Assembly (NCBI GenBank): GCA_963667705.1 | Contig: OY763937.1 | Coordinates: forward strand, 515,821-579,820 | Length of the DNA stretch: 64,000 nucleotides | DNA from: Alphaproteobacteria bacterium | GTDB taxonomy: Bacteria > Pseudomonadota > Alphaproteobacteria > UBA828 | Direction of reading: 5' to 3' | Part shown: positions 1-9,757 of the stretch, in pieces | Layout of the letters: each line of letters begins with the position of its first letter | How positions within the stretch are numbered: the stretch's first letter is position 1 | Position numbers and translations under genes: made by a program | Notes under the pieces: model-generated | What the model saw: only the letters and a program-made list of their open reading frames with translations | What the model was told of the DNA's origin: nothing | The model's database searches: none

Positions 1-546
1 TTCGACGGCCGCGCGCACGTCTCGCCCGCGACGCTCCCCGGCATGGCCGAGCGCACCATCGTGGTCGACAGCCTGTCCAAGTCCCATGCCATGACCGGCT
101 GGCGCGTCGGCTGGACCGTGGGGCCGGAAGCGTTCACGCGGCACATGTACCACCTGGGCCTCGCGCTCCATTACGGTCTGCCCAGCTTCATTCAGTCGGC
201 GGTCGCCGCGGCGTTCACCGAGGACTTTCCCGAGGTGGACGCGATGCGCGCACGCTACGAGGCCCGGCGCGATCGCGTCTGCGATGCGCTCGCCGGCAAC
301 GCTTGCACCCGCGTCGTCAGACCGGAGGGCGCCTGCTTCGTGATGCTGGATGTCCGGCCCAGTGGCCTCTCCTCCGAGGCGTTCTCCGACCGCCTGCTGG
401 AGGAAGCCGGCGTGTCGCTGCTCGCGGGAGAGGGTTTCGGCTCCGCCGGCGCAGGCTTCGTCCGCCTCTCGCTCACCGCGCCCGATGCAGAGCTCGACGA
501 GGCCCTGCGTCGCATCGACCGCTTCACGCGAGGCCTCCAGGGCTGA
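1..546 (+). CDS. Class I/II pyridoxal-phosphate aminotransferase, C-terminal part. The gene starts upstream of the window.
   Basis: The frame is open from base 1. The SLSKSHAMTGWRVGW motif (SxSK with the PLP-lysine, followed by GWR) is typical of aspartate/aromatic aminotransferase fold type I. Confidence 0.7.
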   Translation, partial: FDGRAHVSPATLPGMAERTIVVDSLSKSHAMTGWRVGWTVGPEAFTRHMYHLGLALHYGLPSFIQSAVAAAFTEDFPEVDAMRARYEARRDRVCDALAGNACTRVVRPEGACFVMLDVRPSGLSSEAFSDRLLEEAGVSLLAGEGFGSAGAGFVRLSLTAPDAELDEALRRIDRFTRGLQG

Positions 547-656
547 GGTTTGCCGGACGGGGACGCGCCGACGATTTCCGCCTTGCCGAAGCCTGCGCCA
601 TGCCAACATAGGTACTGGGGCCACATGGTCCGCATCGTCCGCTGCCGGAGGTTCTC

Positions 657-2096
657 GTGAAGGGTGCGATCGAGCCCGATTTCCAGGCCAGCGTGCGCGG
701 GATGTTCGACCGGGCGGCGCTCGCGCTGGGCGTCCCGGACGACCTTGTGGAGACCATCCGCGAGTGCAAGTCCGTCATCCAGTTGAGCTTCCCGGTGCGC
801 CTGCGGGGCCGCTACCGGAACTTCCGCGGCTGGCGTGCGGTGCACAGCGATCACCGCCTGCCGGTGAAGGGTGGCATCCGCTACGCGCCCTACGTCGACC
901 AGCAGGAGGTCGAGGCGCTGGCGGCGCTGATGACCTTCAAGTGCGCGCTCGTCGACGTGCCCTTCGGCGGCGCCAAGGGCGGGCTCGCGATCCGCCCCGA
1001 CGACTACACGGAGGAAGAGCTCGAGCTGATCACGCGGCGCTTCACCCAGGAGCTCGCCGATCGCGGCTACATCAGCCCGAGCCGCGACGTGCCCGCGCCC
1101 GATATCGGCACCGGCGCGCGCGAGATGGCCTGGATGGCGGACGAGTACCGCCAGCTCTACCCCTCCGACATCGACGCGCTCGCCTGCGTCACGGGCAAGC
1201 CCGTGACGCAGGGCGGCATTCCCGGCCGCGTGGAGGCGACCGGCCGCGGCGTCCAGTACGTGCTGCGCGAGTTCTTCCGCCACCCCGACGACGCGGCGCG
1301 GGCGGGACTGGACGGCGGCCTCGAGGGCAAGCGGGTCATCGTCCAGGGGCTCGGCAACGTGGGCCATCACGCGGCCCGCTGCTTGGTCGAGGAAGAAGGC
1401 GTGCGCCTCACCGGCGTCATCGAGCACGACGGCGCCCTGCTCTCCGATGCCGGCCTCGCGCCCGAGGCGCTGGCCGAGCACCTGGCCCGCAGCGGCGGCC
1501 TCGCGGGATTCCCCGGCGCGCGCTTCGTCGCCGACGGCGCGTCGGTGCTCGAGGCCGAGTGCGACATCCTCGTCCCCGCGGCCATCGAGGGCCAGATCAC
1601 CGAGGCCAACGCGGGGCGCATCCGCGCGCCGCTCGTGGTCGAGGCGGCCAACGGCCCGGTGACGCTCGCGGCCGAGCGGGCGCTGCTTGCGCGCGGCACG
1701 GTCATCCTTCCCGACCTCCTCGTCAACGCCGGTGGCGTGACCGTCAGCTACTTCGAGTGGGTCTCCAACGTCTCGCACATGCGCTTCGGCCGGCTCTCGC
1801 GCCAGCTCGACATCCAGCGCGGCAAACGCATCATCGACATGATCGAGACCGCCTCCGGCCGCGCGGTGCCCGACGAGCTCAAGGCGCCGCTCCTGCGTGG
1901 GGTGGACGAGCTCGATCTGGTCCAGTCCGGCCTGGAGGACACCATGCGCGAGGCCTACGCCGCCATGCGCGAGGCCTACGCCGCCATGCGCGAGGCCATG
2001 CACGGATCGGACGCGATTCAGGACCTGCGCACGGCCGCGTTTGCGGTCGCGCTCGAGAAGGTGGTGCGCTCCTACCGCCAGATGGGCCTCGCCTGA
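657..2096 (+). CDS. Glu/Leu/Phe/Val dehydrogenase family enzyme, likely an NAD(P)-glutamate dehydrogenase
   Basis: GDH signature KGGIRY...LMTFKCALVDVPFGGAKGG and a Rossmann GLGNVG motif. GTG start. The C-terminus carries a small REAYAAM tandem duplication. Confidence 0.85.
   Translation: MKGAIEPDFQASVRGMFDRAALALGVPDDLVETIRECKSVIQLSFPVRLRGRYRNFRGWRAVHSDHRLPVKGGIRYAPYVDQQEVEALAALMTFKCALVDVPFGGAKGGLAIRPDDYTEEELELITRRFTQELADRGYISPSRDVPAPDIGTGAREMAWMADEYRQLYPSDIDALACVTGKPVTQGGIPGRVEATGRGVQYVLREFFRHPDDAARAGLDGGLEGKRVIVQGLGNVGHHAARCLVEEEGVRLTGVIEHDGALLSDAGLAPEALAEHLARSGGLAGFPGARFVADGASVLEAECDILVPAAIEGQITEANAGRIRAPLVVEAANGPVTLAAERALLARGTVILPDLLVNAGGVTVSYFEWVSNVSHMRFGRLSRQLDIQRGKRIIDMIETASGRAVPDELKAPLLRGVDELDLVQSGLEDTMREAYAAMREAYAAMREAMHGSDAIQDLRTAAFAVALEKVVRSYRQMGLA
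1944..1997 (+). repeat. 21-bp tandem duplication (ATGCGCGAGGCCTACGCCGCC, about 2.6 copies) inside the 3' end of the GDH gene
   Basis: Direct reading of the sequence. It encodes MREAYAAMREAYAAMREAM. Confidence 0.6.
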
Positions 2097-2156
2097 GGAC
2101 GGAAAGCGCGGGCCGCGCAGCCGCAGGCGACCGAGGATCCCTCTCCGGGGCTGCGT

Positions 2157-2981
2157 CTATTCGGCGGCGGTCTGGTCGTCGTCTGCCTCCGCGCTGGCGC
2201 CCGGCAGGCAGCCGCCGCAGACGGTGAGCTCCTGCGCCGTGATGTGGCGGCCGCGCTCGCTCGCGAGGAAGACCGCCATGTCGGCGACACTGTCGGTGGT
2301 GACCAGCACGCCCAGCATGTTGGCGCGCATGTTCTGCGCGTAGTGGGTCTCGTAGGGGATGCCGATCTCGGCGGCGAGCCCGCGGTGGGCGTCCTGCGCC
2401 ATCTTGGTCTCGACCCAGCCGGGGCAGATGGAATTCACCCTGACGCCGTCCCCGCCCAGCTCGTCGGCGAGGCAGTGCATGAAGGCATTGAGCCCGTTCT
2501 TGGTCATGGCGTAGGCGCCCCAGCCGGCGGAGTAGGCGCCGGCGGCGATGGAGGAGACGAAGATGACGGACGCGCCCGCGCCCGAGGCCCGGAGCGCCGG
2601 AATCGCCGCCTGGGTCGCGAGATAGGGGGCGGTGAGGTTGGTCTCCACCATCGCGTCCCAGCTCTCCAGGTCCATCTCGGCCACGCTGTGGCGGGTGAAG
2701 ACGCCGGCGTTGTTCACCAGGATGTCGAGCCCGCCGAGCCGCTCGATGGCAGCGGCGCACATCGGTGCTATGGCGGCGCGGTCGCGCAGGTCGGCCGGCG
2801 CGGCGAAGGCCCGGCCTCCCGCCGCCGCGATGGCATCGACGGTGGACCCGGCGCGCTCGGCGCTGCGCGCGTGCACCGCGACGTGCGCGCCCTCGCGGGC
2901 GAAGGCCTCGGCGATGGCGGCGCCGATCCCGCTTGCCGCGCCCGTGACCAGGGCGCGACGGCCGTTGAGCGACGTTTCCAT
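2157..2981 (-). CDS. SDR-family oxidoreductase (short-chain dehydrogenase/reductase)
   Basis: N-terminal TGAASGIGAAIA Rossmann motif, NNAG motif, and a length of about 270 aa typical of classical SDRs. Confidence 0.85.
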   Translation of the reverse strand: METSLNGRRALVTGAASGIGAAIAEAFAREGAHVAVHARSAERAGSTVDAIAAAGGRAFAAPADLRDRAAIAPMCAAAIERLGGLDILVNNAGVFTRHSVAEMDLESWDAMVETNLTAPYLATQAAIPALRASGAGASVIFVSSIAAGAYSAGWGAYAMTKNGLNAFMHCLADELGGDGVRVNSICPGWVETKMAQDAHRGLAAEIGIPYETHYAQNMRANMLGVLVTTDSVADMAVFLASERGRHITAQELTVCGGCLPGASAEADDDQTAAE

Positions 2982-3073
2982 TCTTCTCTCCCTCCCTTGC
3001 CGTGCGGGCTCGGCGTGAAGTATGGCCGGATCGCGCTATCATGCCAGACATCGATGGCAGCGAGGGATCCGCC

Positions 3074-4096
3074 ATGGCCACCGCGACACCGTTTCAGATC
3101 AGAGAAGGCATGCACCGGCCGGCGGTGCGCCGCGCCTCGCCCGAGGAGGTGCCGATCATCGACTTCGGCGCCCTCTATTCGCCGAGCAAGGCCGAGCGCC
3201 GCGCGCTGGCGCAGGCGATCCACGCGGCCTGCGCGGGCCCCGGGTTCTTCTACATCGTTAACCACCAGTTCCCGCAGTCCGTGATCGCACGCGCCCAGGC
3301 GGCCATGCAGCGCTTCTTCGCCCTGCCGCTCGCGCAGAAGATGCGCAACCACTACCTCGACTGGCCCAACCACCGGGGCTACGTGCCCTCGGGCGGGATC
3401 ACCGCCGACCACAGCCTCGAAGGCTCCAGCGATATCTCGGAGGCCATCGAGATGGCGCACGACCTGCCGCCGGACGATCCCGACCACGTGCGCGGCATCC
3501 GCTTCTATGGCCCAAACAACTGGCCCGCCGAGCCAGCCGACTTCCGCTGGGCGCTCGGCACCTATTTCGACTGCCAGCTCGAGCTGGGGCGGCAGATCTT
3601 CCGCGCCTTCGAGTACGCGCTGGAGCTGGAGGAGGGGTACTTCACCTCCAAGTACACCAAGCCGCTGGCCAGGCTCCGCGTCTGCTACTACGAGCCCCAG
3701 CCCGAGCCGCTCGACATCGCCCACATCGGGCTCGGCGCGCACACCGACTACGAGTGCTTTACCACGGTCTGGCAGGACAGCGAGGGCCTGCAGATGCTGA
3801 GCCGCGACGGCGAGTGGCTGATCCTGCCGCCGGTCGAAGGCAGCTTCGCCGTCAACCTCGGCGATCTGATGCAGCAGTGGACGAACGACCTGTTCGTCTC
3901 GACCATGCACCGCGTCATCAACACCTCGGGAGGGCGGCGCTACTCCCTCGTGCAGTTCTTCGGCGTCGACTACGACGTGGAGGTCGAGGCGATTCCCGGC
4001 TGCGCCGGCCCGGACAACCCGTGGCGCTACGGGCGGATTAAGGCGGGCGACCACTCGGAGAGAATGGTCGCCCGCACCTATCACTACGACGAGTAG
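3074..4096 (+). CDS. 2-oxoglutarate/Fe(II)-dependent oxygenase (isopenicillin N synthase-like family)
   Basis: Non-haem dioxygenase N-terminal region (PIIDF...GFFYIVNH) and C-terminal HTDYECFT...H jelly-roll motifs. ATG at 3074 preferred over the upstream GTG at 3002. Confidence 0.8.
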   Translation: MATATPFQIREGMHRPAVRRASPEEVPIIDFGALYSPSKAERRALAQAIHAACAGPGFFYIVNHQFPQSVIARAQAAMQRFFALPLAQKMRNHYLDWPNHRGYVPSGGITADHSLEGSSDISEAIEMAHDLPPDDPDHVRGIRFYGPNNWPAEPADFRWALGTYFDCQLELGRQIFRAFEYALELEEGYFTSKYTKPLARLRVCYYEPQPEPLDIAHIGLGAHTDYECFTTVWQDSEGLQMLSRDGEWLILPPVEGSFAVNLGDLMQQWTNDLFVSTMHRVINTSGGRRYSLVQFFGVDYDVEVEAIPGCAGPDNPWRYGRIKAGDHSERMVARTYHYDE

Positions 4097-4106
4097 GGCG
4101 TCTGCC

Positions 4107-5018
4107 CTAGTCGGACTCGCTCAGAGAGATCTCGGCCCGCCGGTTGCGGCCGTCGCGCACGTTGTCGGCGGTCTTCGCGATCGGCTCGGACTCGCCGAGG
4201 CCTTCGACGTCGATCACGAAGCGGCCGGCTCCCTGCTCGATCAGATAGCCTGCGACAGAGAGCGCGCGGTCCTCCGACAGGCGGAGGTTGTAGGCCTCCG
4301 GACCCGAGCGGTCGGTGTGCCCCCGGATGATGACCTTGTAGGGGCGCATCTCCATGGCCGCGGTTGCGGCCTCGTCGAGCGTCACCTTTGCAGCGTCCGA
4401 GAGATCGGAGCTGTCGAACTCGAAGAAGACCACGTAGTAGGTCGCGTATGTCGGCTCGGGTTCCGGCACGGGCTCAGGCTCGGGCTCGGGTTCCGGCGGC
4501 GGTGGAGGCCGCATCGCCACCTCGGCGGCGATTACCGAGTTGTAGAATGCGTTGCGGCAGGCGGTGATGTCGTCCTGCTGGTGACCCTCCTCCTGCTCCT
4601 GCATCCAGCATTCGAAGCTGATCTGGGCCTGGGCGGCGATGGCGGGTGCCTTGCCCTTGCCGCTGCCGACCAGCATCGAGACGAGCCTGGCCCTGGCCTT
4701 GGAGAGCTCCTCCTGCTTGTCGGCGGGGAGCAGGCGTTCTTCGATGCGCGTGGGCGCCACGTCATCGCCCCGCGCCGCAACGGCCGCCTTCATGGCGAAC
4801 TTGTCGGAATCGATATAGTCGTTTTCCCCGAGCTCGTTCGAGGAGAGCTGGACATAGCCTGCGAAGAGCTGCTGATTGAACTCCGACCCCTGCGGCGAGA
4901 GGCCCTGAACGTTCTCAAGGTCCGTTCCGTGACAGGCGCCGAGCGCCGCCGCCAGTCCAACGACTGCCGCAAGGCGAAGCCCGGTCGACGGGACCTTGAA
5001 AGTCTTGAATATCCTCAT
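4107..5018 (-). CDS. OmpA-family lipoprotein (peptidoglycan-associated OmpA-like C-terminal domain)
   Basis: Signal peptide with lipobox LGAC, a Pro/Glu-rich PEPEPEPEP linker, and a C-terminal OmpA-like motif RGHTDRSGPEAYNLRLSEDRALSVAGYL. Confidence 0.85.
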   Translation of the reverse strand: MRIFKTFKVPSTGLRLAAVVGLAAALGACHGTDLENVQGLSPQGSEFNQQLFAGYVQLSSNELGENDYIDSDKFAMKAAVAARGDDVAPTRIEERLLPADKQEELSKARARLVSMLVGSGKGKAPAIAAQAQISFECWMQEQEEGHQQDDITACRNAFYNSVIAAEVAMRPPPPPEPEPEPEPVPEPEPTYATYYVVFFEFDSSDLSDAAKVTLDEAATAAMEMRPYKVIIRGHTDRSGPEAYNLRLSEDRALSVAGYLIEQGAGRFVIDVEGLGESEPIAKTADNVRDGRNRRAEISLSESD

Positions 5019-5219
5019 CTCACGTCTCCTGTCCTGTCCCCGCGATTTCTCGTTCTAGCACCACAACTATAGCGCCTTCCAGCAGAACGCCAAGAAACGA
5101 CCGGAAACCGGGGAATAATTCGTGAAATTGCGGCCCGTTGCGGCCTACGCTCGACAATTCGGAAAATAAATCCTAGACCACAAGCGACCGAGACAACGCA
5201 ACCAGAGCGGAGGCGACCC

Positions 5220-6251
5220 ATGCTGCGCCGGCACCTTGCCACCCTCCTTCTCGCCAGCGCGATCGCCGCGCCGGCGGCCGCCGACGAGGGGTCGCGCTAT
5301 TCCGAATGGAGCCCGGAGGGCGCCGGGAGCGCCGGATCGAGCGCGCTGGAGGCACTCGCGCAGGAGCTGCAGGAGCTGATCGACGAGGCCGACGCCGCGC
5401 GTGCGGCCGACCCGCGCTTCCTCCAGGATCTCCGCGACAGGATCGCGGCCCACCTCGCCGACGCCCAGCCTCGTGCTGCCCTGATCCGGGACGATTTTGC
5501 CGACGGCGACTTTACGGACGACCCAAGCTGGTCGGTGGCGAGCGGTGACTTCGCCATCGACCGTTTGGTCGGCCTGCGCACCATCGTGCCCGTCGCCGAG
5601 CCAGAGAAGCCGCTGGCCGACGACCCCCTCGATGCCATCCTCGACACCGGGGACGAGCTCCTCGACAGCGGGGAGGAGCTTCTCGAGAGTGGCGGCGAGC
5701 TTCTGGACAGCGGCGCGGACGCGGTCGGCGACCTGCTGAGCGGCGAGAAGAAGATCGGCGACCTGCTGGGCGGCGGCGAGGACGAGGACGAGGTGGAGGA
5801 GGACACAGGGCCGGAAGGGCCGGAGCCTGCGGAGATCGTCCTCGACGCGGCGATCCCCAACGCGTTCGCGCTCGAGATGGAGATGTCCTCGCGCCTCGCG
5901 GGCAAGGACGCGCGCTTCGAGATCGACCTGTTTCAGGGCACATCCGAGTACGCCGGCTATCGTCTGGCCTACATGGCGGGTGGCGATCCCGGGCTGGTGC
6001 TCTCGCGCTTCGGCCGGCGCGGCGTCACGGCGATCGGCGAGCACGACAAGAGGCTCGACCTCGAGGACGGCCAGAACCACACGGTCGCCCTCGTGCGCGA
6101 AAGCGACGGGACCATGACCGCGAGCGTCGACGGCACACCGCTCATCCGGGTGAAGAGCAGCGCCTTCGACGACCCCTTCGGCGGCCTTGCGCTGGTCAAC
6201 AGCGGGGGCGACTACGGTGTCCGCAGCATCGCGGTCTATGACGCGCGCTAG
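5220..6251 (+). CDS. Secreted hypothetical protein with an acidic repetitive middle region
   Basis: N-terminal signal peptide (LLLASAIAAPAAA), ELLDSG(E/G)ELL repeats, and a GGAGG ribosome-binding site (RBS) upstream of the ATG. Confidence 0.5.
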   Translation: MLRRHLATLLLASAIAAPAAADEGSRYSEWSPEGAGSAGSSALEALAQELQELIDEADAARAADPRFLQDLRDRIAAHLADAQPRAALIRDDFADGDFTDDPSWSVASGDFAIDRLVGLRTIVPVAEPEKPLADDPLDAILDTGDELLDSGEELLESGGELLDSGADAVGDLLSGEKKIGDLLGGGEDEDEVEEDTGPEGPEPAEIVLDAAIPNAFALEMEMSSRLAGKDARFEIDLFQGTSEYAGYRLAYMAGGDPGLVLSRFGRRGVTAIGEHDKRLDLEDGQNHTVALVRESDGTMTASVDGTPLIRVKSSAFDDPFGGLALVNSGGDYGVRSIAVYDAR

Positions 6252-6272
6252 CCTGCATTCCCGGCCGGCGTC

Positions 6273-7643
6273 GTGAGCCGGAATCCTGCCGCCGTGCCCG
6301 AGCCCGGCGCCGCGCGGGCCGCGGCCGAGCGCTGTCTCGCCCGGATCGAGCAGCTCAATCCCGCGCTCGGGGCCATGGCGACGACCACGGCAGAGGCTGC
6401 GCGGCAGCAGGCGGACGCGTGCGACCGGGCGGCCGCCGAGGGGCGCTGGCTCGGCCTCCTGCACGGCATGCCCATAGCCCTCAAGGACAACATCGAGACG
6501 GCGGGCGTGCGCACCACCAGCGGCGCCGCCTACCTCGCCGACCACATCCCCAACCGGGACGCGCCGGTGGTGAGCCGGCTCAGGGCCCAGGGCGCCGTGC
6601 TGGTCGGCAAGGCCAACATGCAGGAGTTGGCCTGGGGCGTGGTCTCCACCAATCCGGTCTTCGGCCAGTGCCGCAACCCGTGGAACCCGGAGCGCATCCC
6701 CGGCGGTTCCAGCGGTGGCTCCGGCGCCGCGATCGCGGCCGGAATGACCGAGGGCACGCTCGGCACCGACACCGGCGGCTCGGTGCGGATTCCGGCCTCG
6801 ATGACCGGCGTCTCGGGCCTCAGGCCGACGCACGGGCGCATCTCGATCCGCGGCATCACGCCGGTGAGCGTCGCGCACGACACCGTGGGGCCGATGGCGC
6901 GCACGGTGGCGGACGTCGCGCGGCTCTTCGCCGCGCTCGCCGCCTACGACCCGCTCGATCATGTCTCCCGCGACCTGCCGCTGGAGAACTTTCTGCCGCA
7001 CCTCGGCGACGGGATCGGAGGCGTGCGCATCGGCCTCGCGCGCAACTTCTTTTTCGAGGACATCGACGGCGAGGTCGAGGCCGCGGTGCGCACCGGCGCC
7101 GCGACCCTGGAATCGCTGGGCGCCGAGCTGGTCGAGGTCACGCTGCCCGGCGCGGAGACCGCCCAGCGCTGGACCACGGTCATGGCCTATGCCGATGCCT
7201 GCGCCCATCACAGGGAACGGCTCGATGCCGGCCCCGGCGCGCTCTCCGAGCCGGTCTACACGCGCATGATGATGGGCCGCGAGTTCAGCGCGGTGGACTA
7301 TGCCGAGGCGATGCGCGGGCGCGAGGCCTGGCGGCGCGCGCTGGCCCGGGTGTTCGAGGATGTCGACGTGCTGCTGGCGCCGACCACGCCCCGGCCGGCG
7401 CCGGCGATCGCCGACGACCGCAGCCTCCACCGCGCCACCCAGGACGCGACGCGCTTCACCTACGGCGGCGCGCTCGCGTCGATTCCGGGCCTTTCTGTCC
7501 CCTGCGGCTTCTCCGCCGACGGCCTGCCCATCGGCATGATGCTGGAGGCCGCCTGGGGGGCGGAGCCGCTGCTGCTGCGCATCGGCCACGCCTACCAGCA
7601 GGCGACCGACTGGCACCTGCGCCGTGCGCCCGTCTTGACCTGA
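6273..7643 (+). CDS. Amidase (amidase-signature family, GatA-like)
   Basis: Amidase signature GGSSGGSGAAIAAG with a conserved Ser-cisSer-Lys context (KDNIETAG...TSGA). Confidence 0.85.
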   Translation: MSRNPAAVPEPGAARAAAERCLARIEQLNPALGAMATTTAEAARQQADACDRAAAEGRWLGLLHGMPIALKDNIETAGVRTTSGAAYLADHIPNRDAPVVSRLRAQGAVLVGKANMQELAWGVVSTNPVFGQCRNPWNPERIPGGSSGGSGAAIAAGMTEGTLGTDTGGSVRIPASMTGVSGLRPTHGRISIRGITPVSVAHDTVGPMARTVADVARLFAALAAYDPLDHVSRDLPLENFLPHLGDGIGGVRIGLARNFFFEDIDGEVEAAVRTGAATLESLGAELVEVTLPGAETAQRWTTVMAYADACAHHRERLDAGPGALSEPVYTRMMMGREFSAVDYAEAMRGREAWRRALARVFEDVDVLLAPTTPRPAPAIADDRSLHRATQDATRFTYGGALASIPGLSVPCGFSADGLPIGMMLEAAWGAEPLLLRIGHAYQQATDWHLRRAPVLT

Positions 7644-7668
7644 GCGGGAGCGACACCACCTCCCGTCA

Positions 7669-8634
7669 ATGACCGGGGCCGGAGACACCGCCGGCGATAC
7701 GCAAGCGCGGCGGATCGTCGAGGAGGCCGCGGCGCGCTACTGCGCCGCGCGGCGCGAGAGGATCGACGCCTTCGTCGACCGCACCTTCTCGCTCCGCGGC
7801 ACCCTCGGGCTGCACCGCCACGCGCTCGGCTGGGACCTGCTGCGCTCGCCGGCGAACCTCGCGCTGTCCGCACCCCATCTCGCGGCCCGGGTGAGCGCAG
7901 GCCTTGCGCGGCGCGCCGGGCTCGCGCCGGCGGCCGACTGGCTGGATAGCAGACGATATTTCCTCAAGACCGCAGTCGCGCGCGAGCTCGAATGGCGCCT
8001 CTTCACCGAGCTGCTGGAGCTTCCCATCAGGCAGGGAGAACGTGTGTCGGTGCGCGATGCGCTGGCGGACGAGATCCTGAAGGACCCCCGCATCGCCGGG
8101 GGCGGCGCGGACGCGCCGCCCACGCCGGCGGCCTTCCGCGCCTGGCTTGCCGGCGCGACCGGCACCTACGAGGGCACCCGGGTCTCGGCCGCCGACCTCA
8201 CCACCGCGGCGGTGAGCGCCGGCGTCGGCGCGCTCGCCTTCAAGAAGCTCACGCCGGGGATGATGTCGCTCGGGCCTGCGGCCGCCCACATGCTGGTGCA
8301 GAACGCGGCCATCGCGGGCTTCCCCCTCGGCAGCGGTGCGGGCGCGCTCTGGTACGGCGTCTTCCCGGCGGCGGCGCCGGCCGCGCTCAGCATCGGGCTC
8401 ACCGGCGGCATGATGGCAGCGGGCGCGGTGGTCGGCGCCTTCGCCGGCATCGTCACCGACCCGGTCCAGCGCGCACTCGGCCTGCACCAGCGCCGCCTGC
8501 GCCGCCTCGTCGACTGCCTGGAGCGCGAGCTCACCGGGCAGGGCGAGAGCCGCTTCGCCGTGCGCGACCACTACGTAGCGCGCACCCTCGACGTGATCGA
8601 GGCGCTGGGCCTGGTCTGGCGCGCCGCGCGCTAG
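7669..8634 (+). CDS. Hypothetical protein (conserved-looking, with a Gly/Ala-rich hydrophobic C-terminal segment)
   Basis: Protein-like amino-acid composition, unlike the R/G/A-rich antisense ORF. There is no strong RBS. Confidence 0.4.
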   Translation: MTGAGDTAGDTQARRIVEEAAARYCAARRERIDAFVDRTFSLRGTLGLHRHALGWDLLRSPANLALSAPHLAARVSAGLARRAGLAPAADWLDSRRYFLKTAVARELEWRLFTELLELPIRQGERVSVRDALADEILKDPRIAGGGADAPPTPAAFRAWLAGATGTYEGTRVSAADLTTAAVSAGVGALAFKKLTPGMMSLGPAAAHMLVQNAAIAGFPLGSGAGALWYGVFPAAAPAALSIGLTGGMMAAGAVVGAFAGIVTDPVQRALGLHQRRLRRLVDCLERELTGQGESRFAVRDHYVARTLDVIEALGLVWRAAR

Positions 8635-8870
8635 CAACTTTTCGCTCGCGGCAGCCGGCCTGCGGCCGGCGCCGTCGCGCGGGACGCGCGCGGAGCGCAC
8701 GATGCGAGGGCGCCGCATGAGCGGCGGGCCGCGGTCGCGGCCCGTCGCGTGTCCGTCAGTGACGGACACGCTCCAGCAACAAGGCCATCGATCTCGGCTC
8801 CTCAGCCGGTCGCCCACCCTGCACCGGCGTGGTATGACCGGCGCGCCTGCCGCCGCCTTCAGGAGAGTTC

Positions 8871-9536
8871 ATGTCCGCCCGCCCGACCGCGCTCACCGAC
8901 GCGCTGCACGACTATCTGCTCGCCCACGGCGTGCGCGAGACCGAGGTCATGCGCCGCCTGCGCACAGAGACCGCGCGCCACGAGTGGGCGGTGATGCAGA
9001 TCTCGCCGGAGCAGGGCGCGCTGATGGCGCTGCTGGTGGAGCTGAGCGGCGCCCGGCGCGCGCTGGAGGTCGGCGTCTTCACCGGCTACAGCGCGCTCGT
9101 CGTGGCCCAGGCGATGGGGCCGGAGGGCCGCCTCACCGCGCTCGACGTCAACGCGGACTATGCCGAGACGGCGCGGCGCTTCTGGGCCGAGGCGGGACTC
9201 GCCGAGCGGATCGAGCTGCGCCTCGGCGATGCGCGCGAGAGCCTCGCCGCGCTCCGCGCCGAAGGCCGCGAAGGCGTCTACGATTTCGCCTTCATCGACG
9301 CCGACAAGTCCGGCTACGGCGCCTACTACGAGCACTGCCTCGCGCTGCTCCGCCCCGGCGGGCTGGTGCTTATCGACAACAGCTTCCACATGGGCCAGGT
9401 CGCCGAGCGCGAGCGCTGGAGCGAGAACACCCACGTCGTCGATGCGCTGAACAAGAAGATCAGGGACGACGAGCGCGTGACCATCGCCATGCTGCCGCTC
9501 GGCGACGGCCTCACCCTCTGCCGCAAGCGCCCCTAA
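8871..9536 (+). CDS. Class I SAM-dependent O-methyltransferase (caffeoyl-CoA O-methyltransferase family)
   Basis: LEVGVFTGYSAL SAM-binding motif, DADK motif, about 220 aa, and an AGGAGA RBS. Confidence 0.85.
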   Translation: MSARPTALTDALHDYLLAHGVRETEVMRRLRTETARHEWAVMQISPEQGALMALLVELSGARRALEVGVFTGYSALVVAQAMGPEGRLTALDVNADYAETARRFWAEAGLAERIELRLGDARESLAALRAEGREGVYDFAFIDADKSGYGAYYEHCLALLRPGGLVLIDNSFHMGQVAERERWSENTHVVDALNKKIRDDERVTIAMLPLGDGLTLCRKRP

Positions 9537-9757
9537 CGACCGGGCCGCAGGCCCGGCCGGCGCGACCGCGCCGGCGCGCGAAGCGCGTAGCCAAGCGAGC
9601 GGAGCGAGCGTCCGTTGCCAGGGATTCCTAACCATTCCCTCACGTTCCATAAGTTACTGAAATAGAGTTGCATATGCAGTGCGCTTGGCCCTTGCGTTCC
9701 CAGCCGTTCCCTCCCATTATTGAAACAAGTGTGGGACGCAACGTGGGTGGAATATCC

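Noticed and set aside
5145-7688. 847-aa minus-strand ORF
   Set aside because: It spans the secreted protein and the amidase genes on the opposite strand and has Arg/Gly/Ala-rich composition. The + strand genes have signal peptide and amidase signatures.
7666-8817. 383-aa minus-strand ORF
   Set aside because: Arg/Gly/Ala-rich. The overlapping + strand ORF (7669-8634) has normal protein composition and is preferred.
8859-9650. 263-aa minus-strand ORF
   Set aside because: Antisense to the O-methyltransferase, which has clear SAM-binding motifs.
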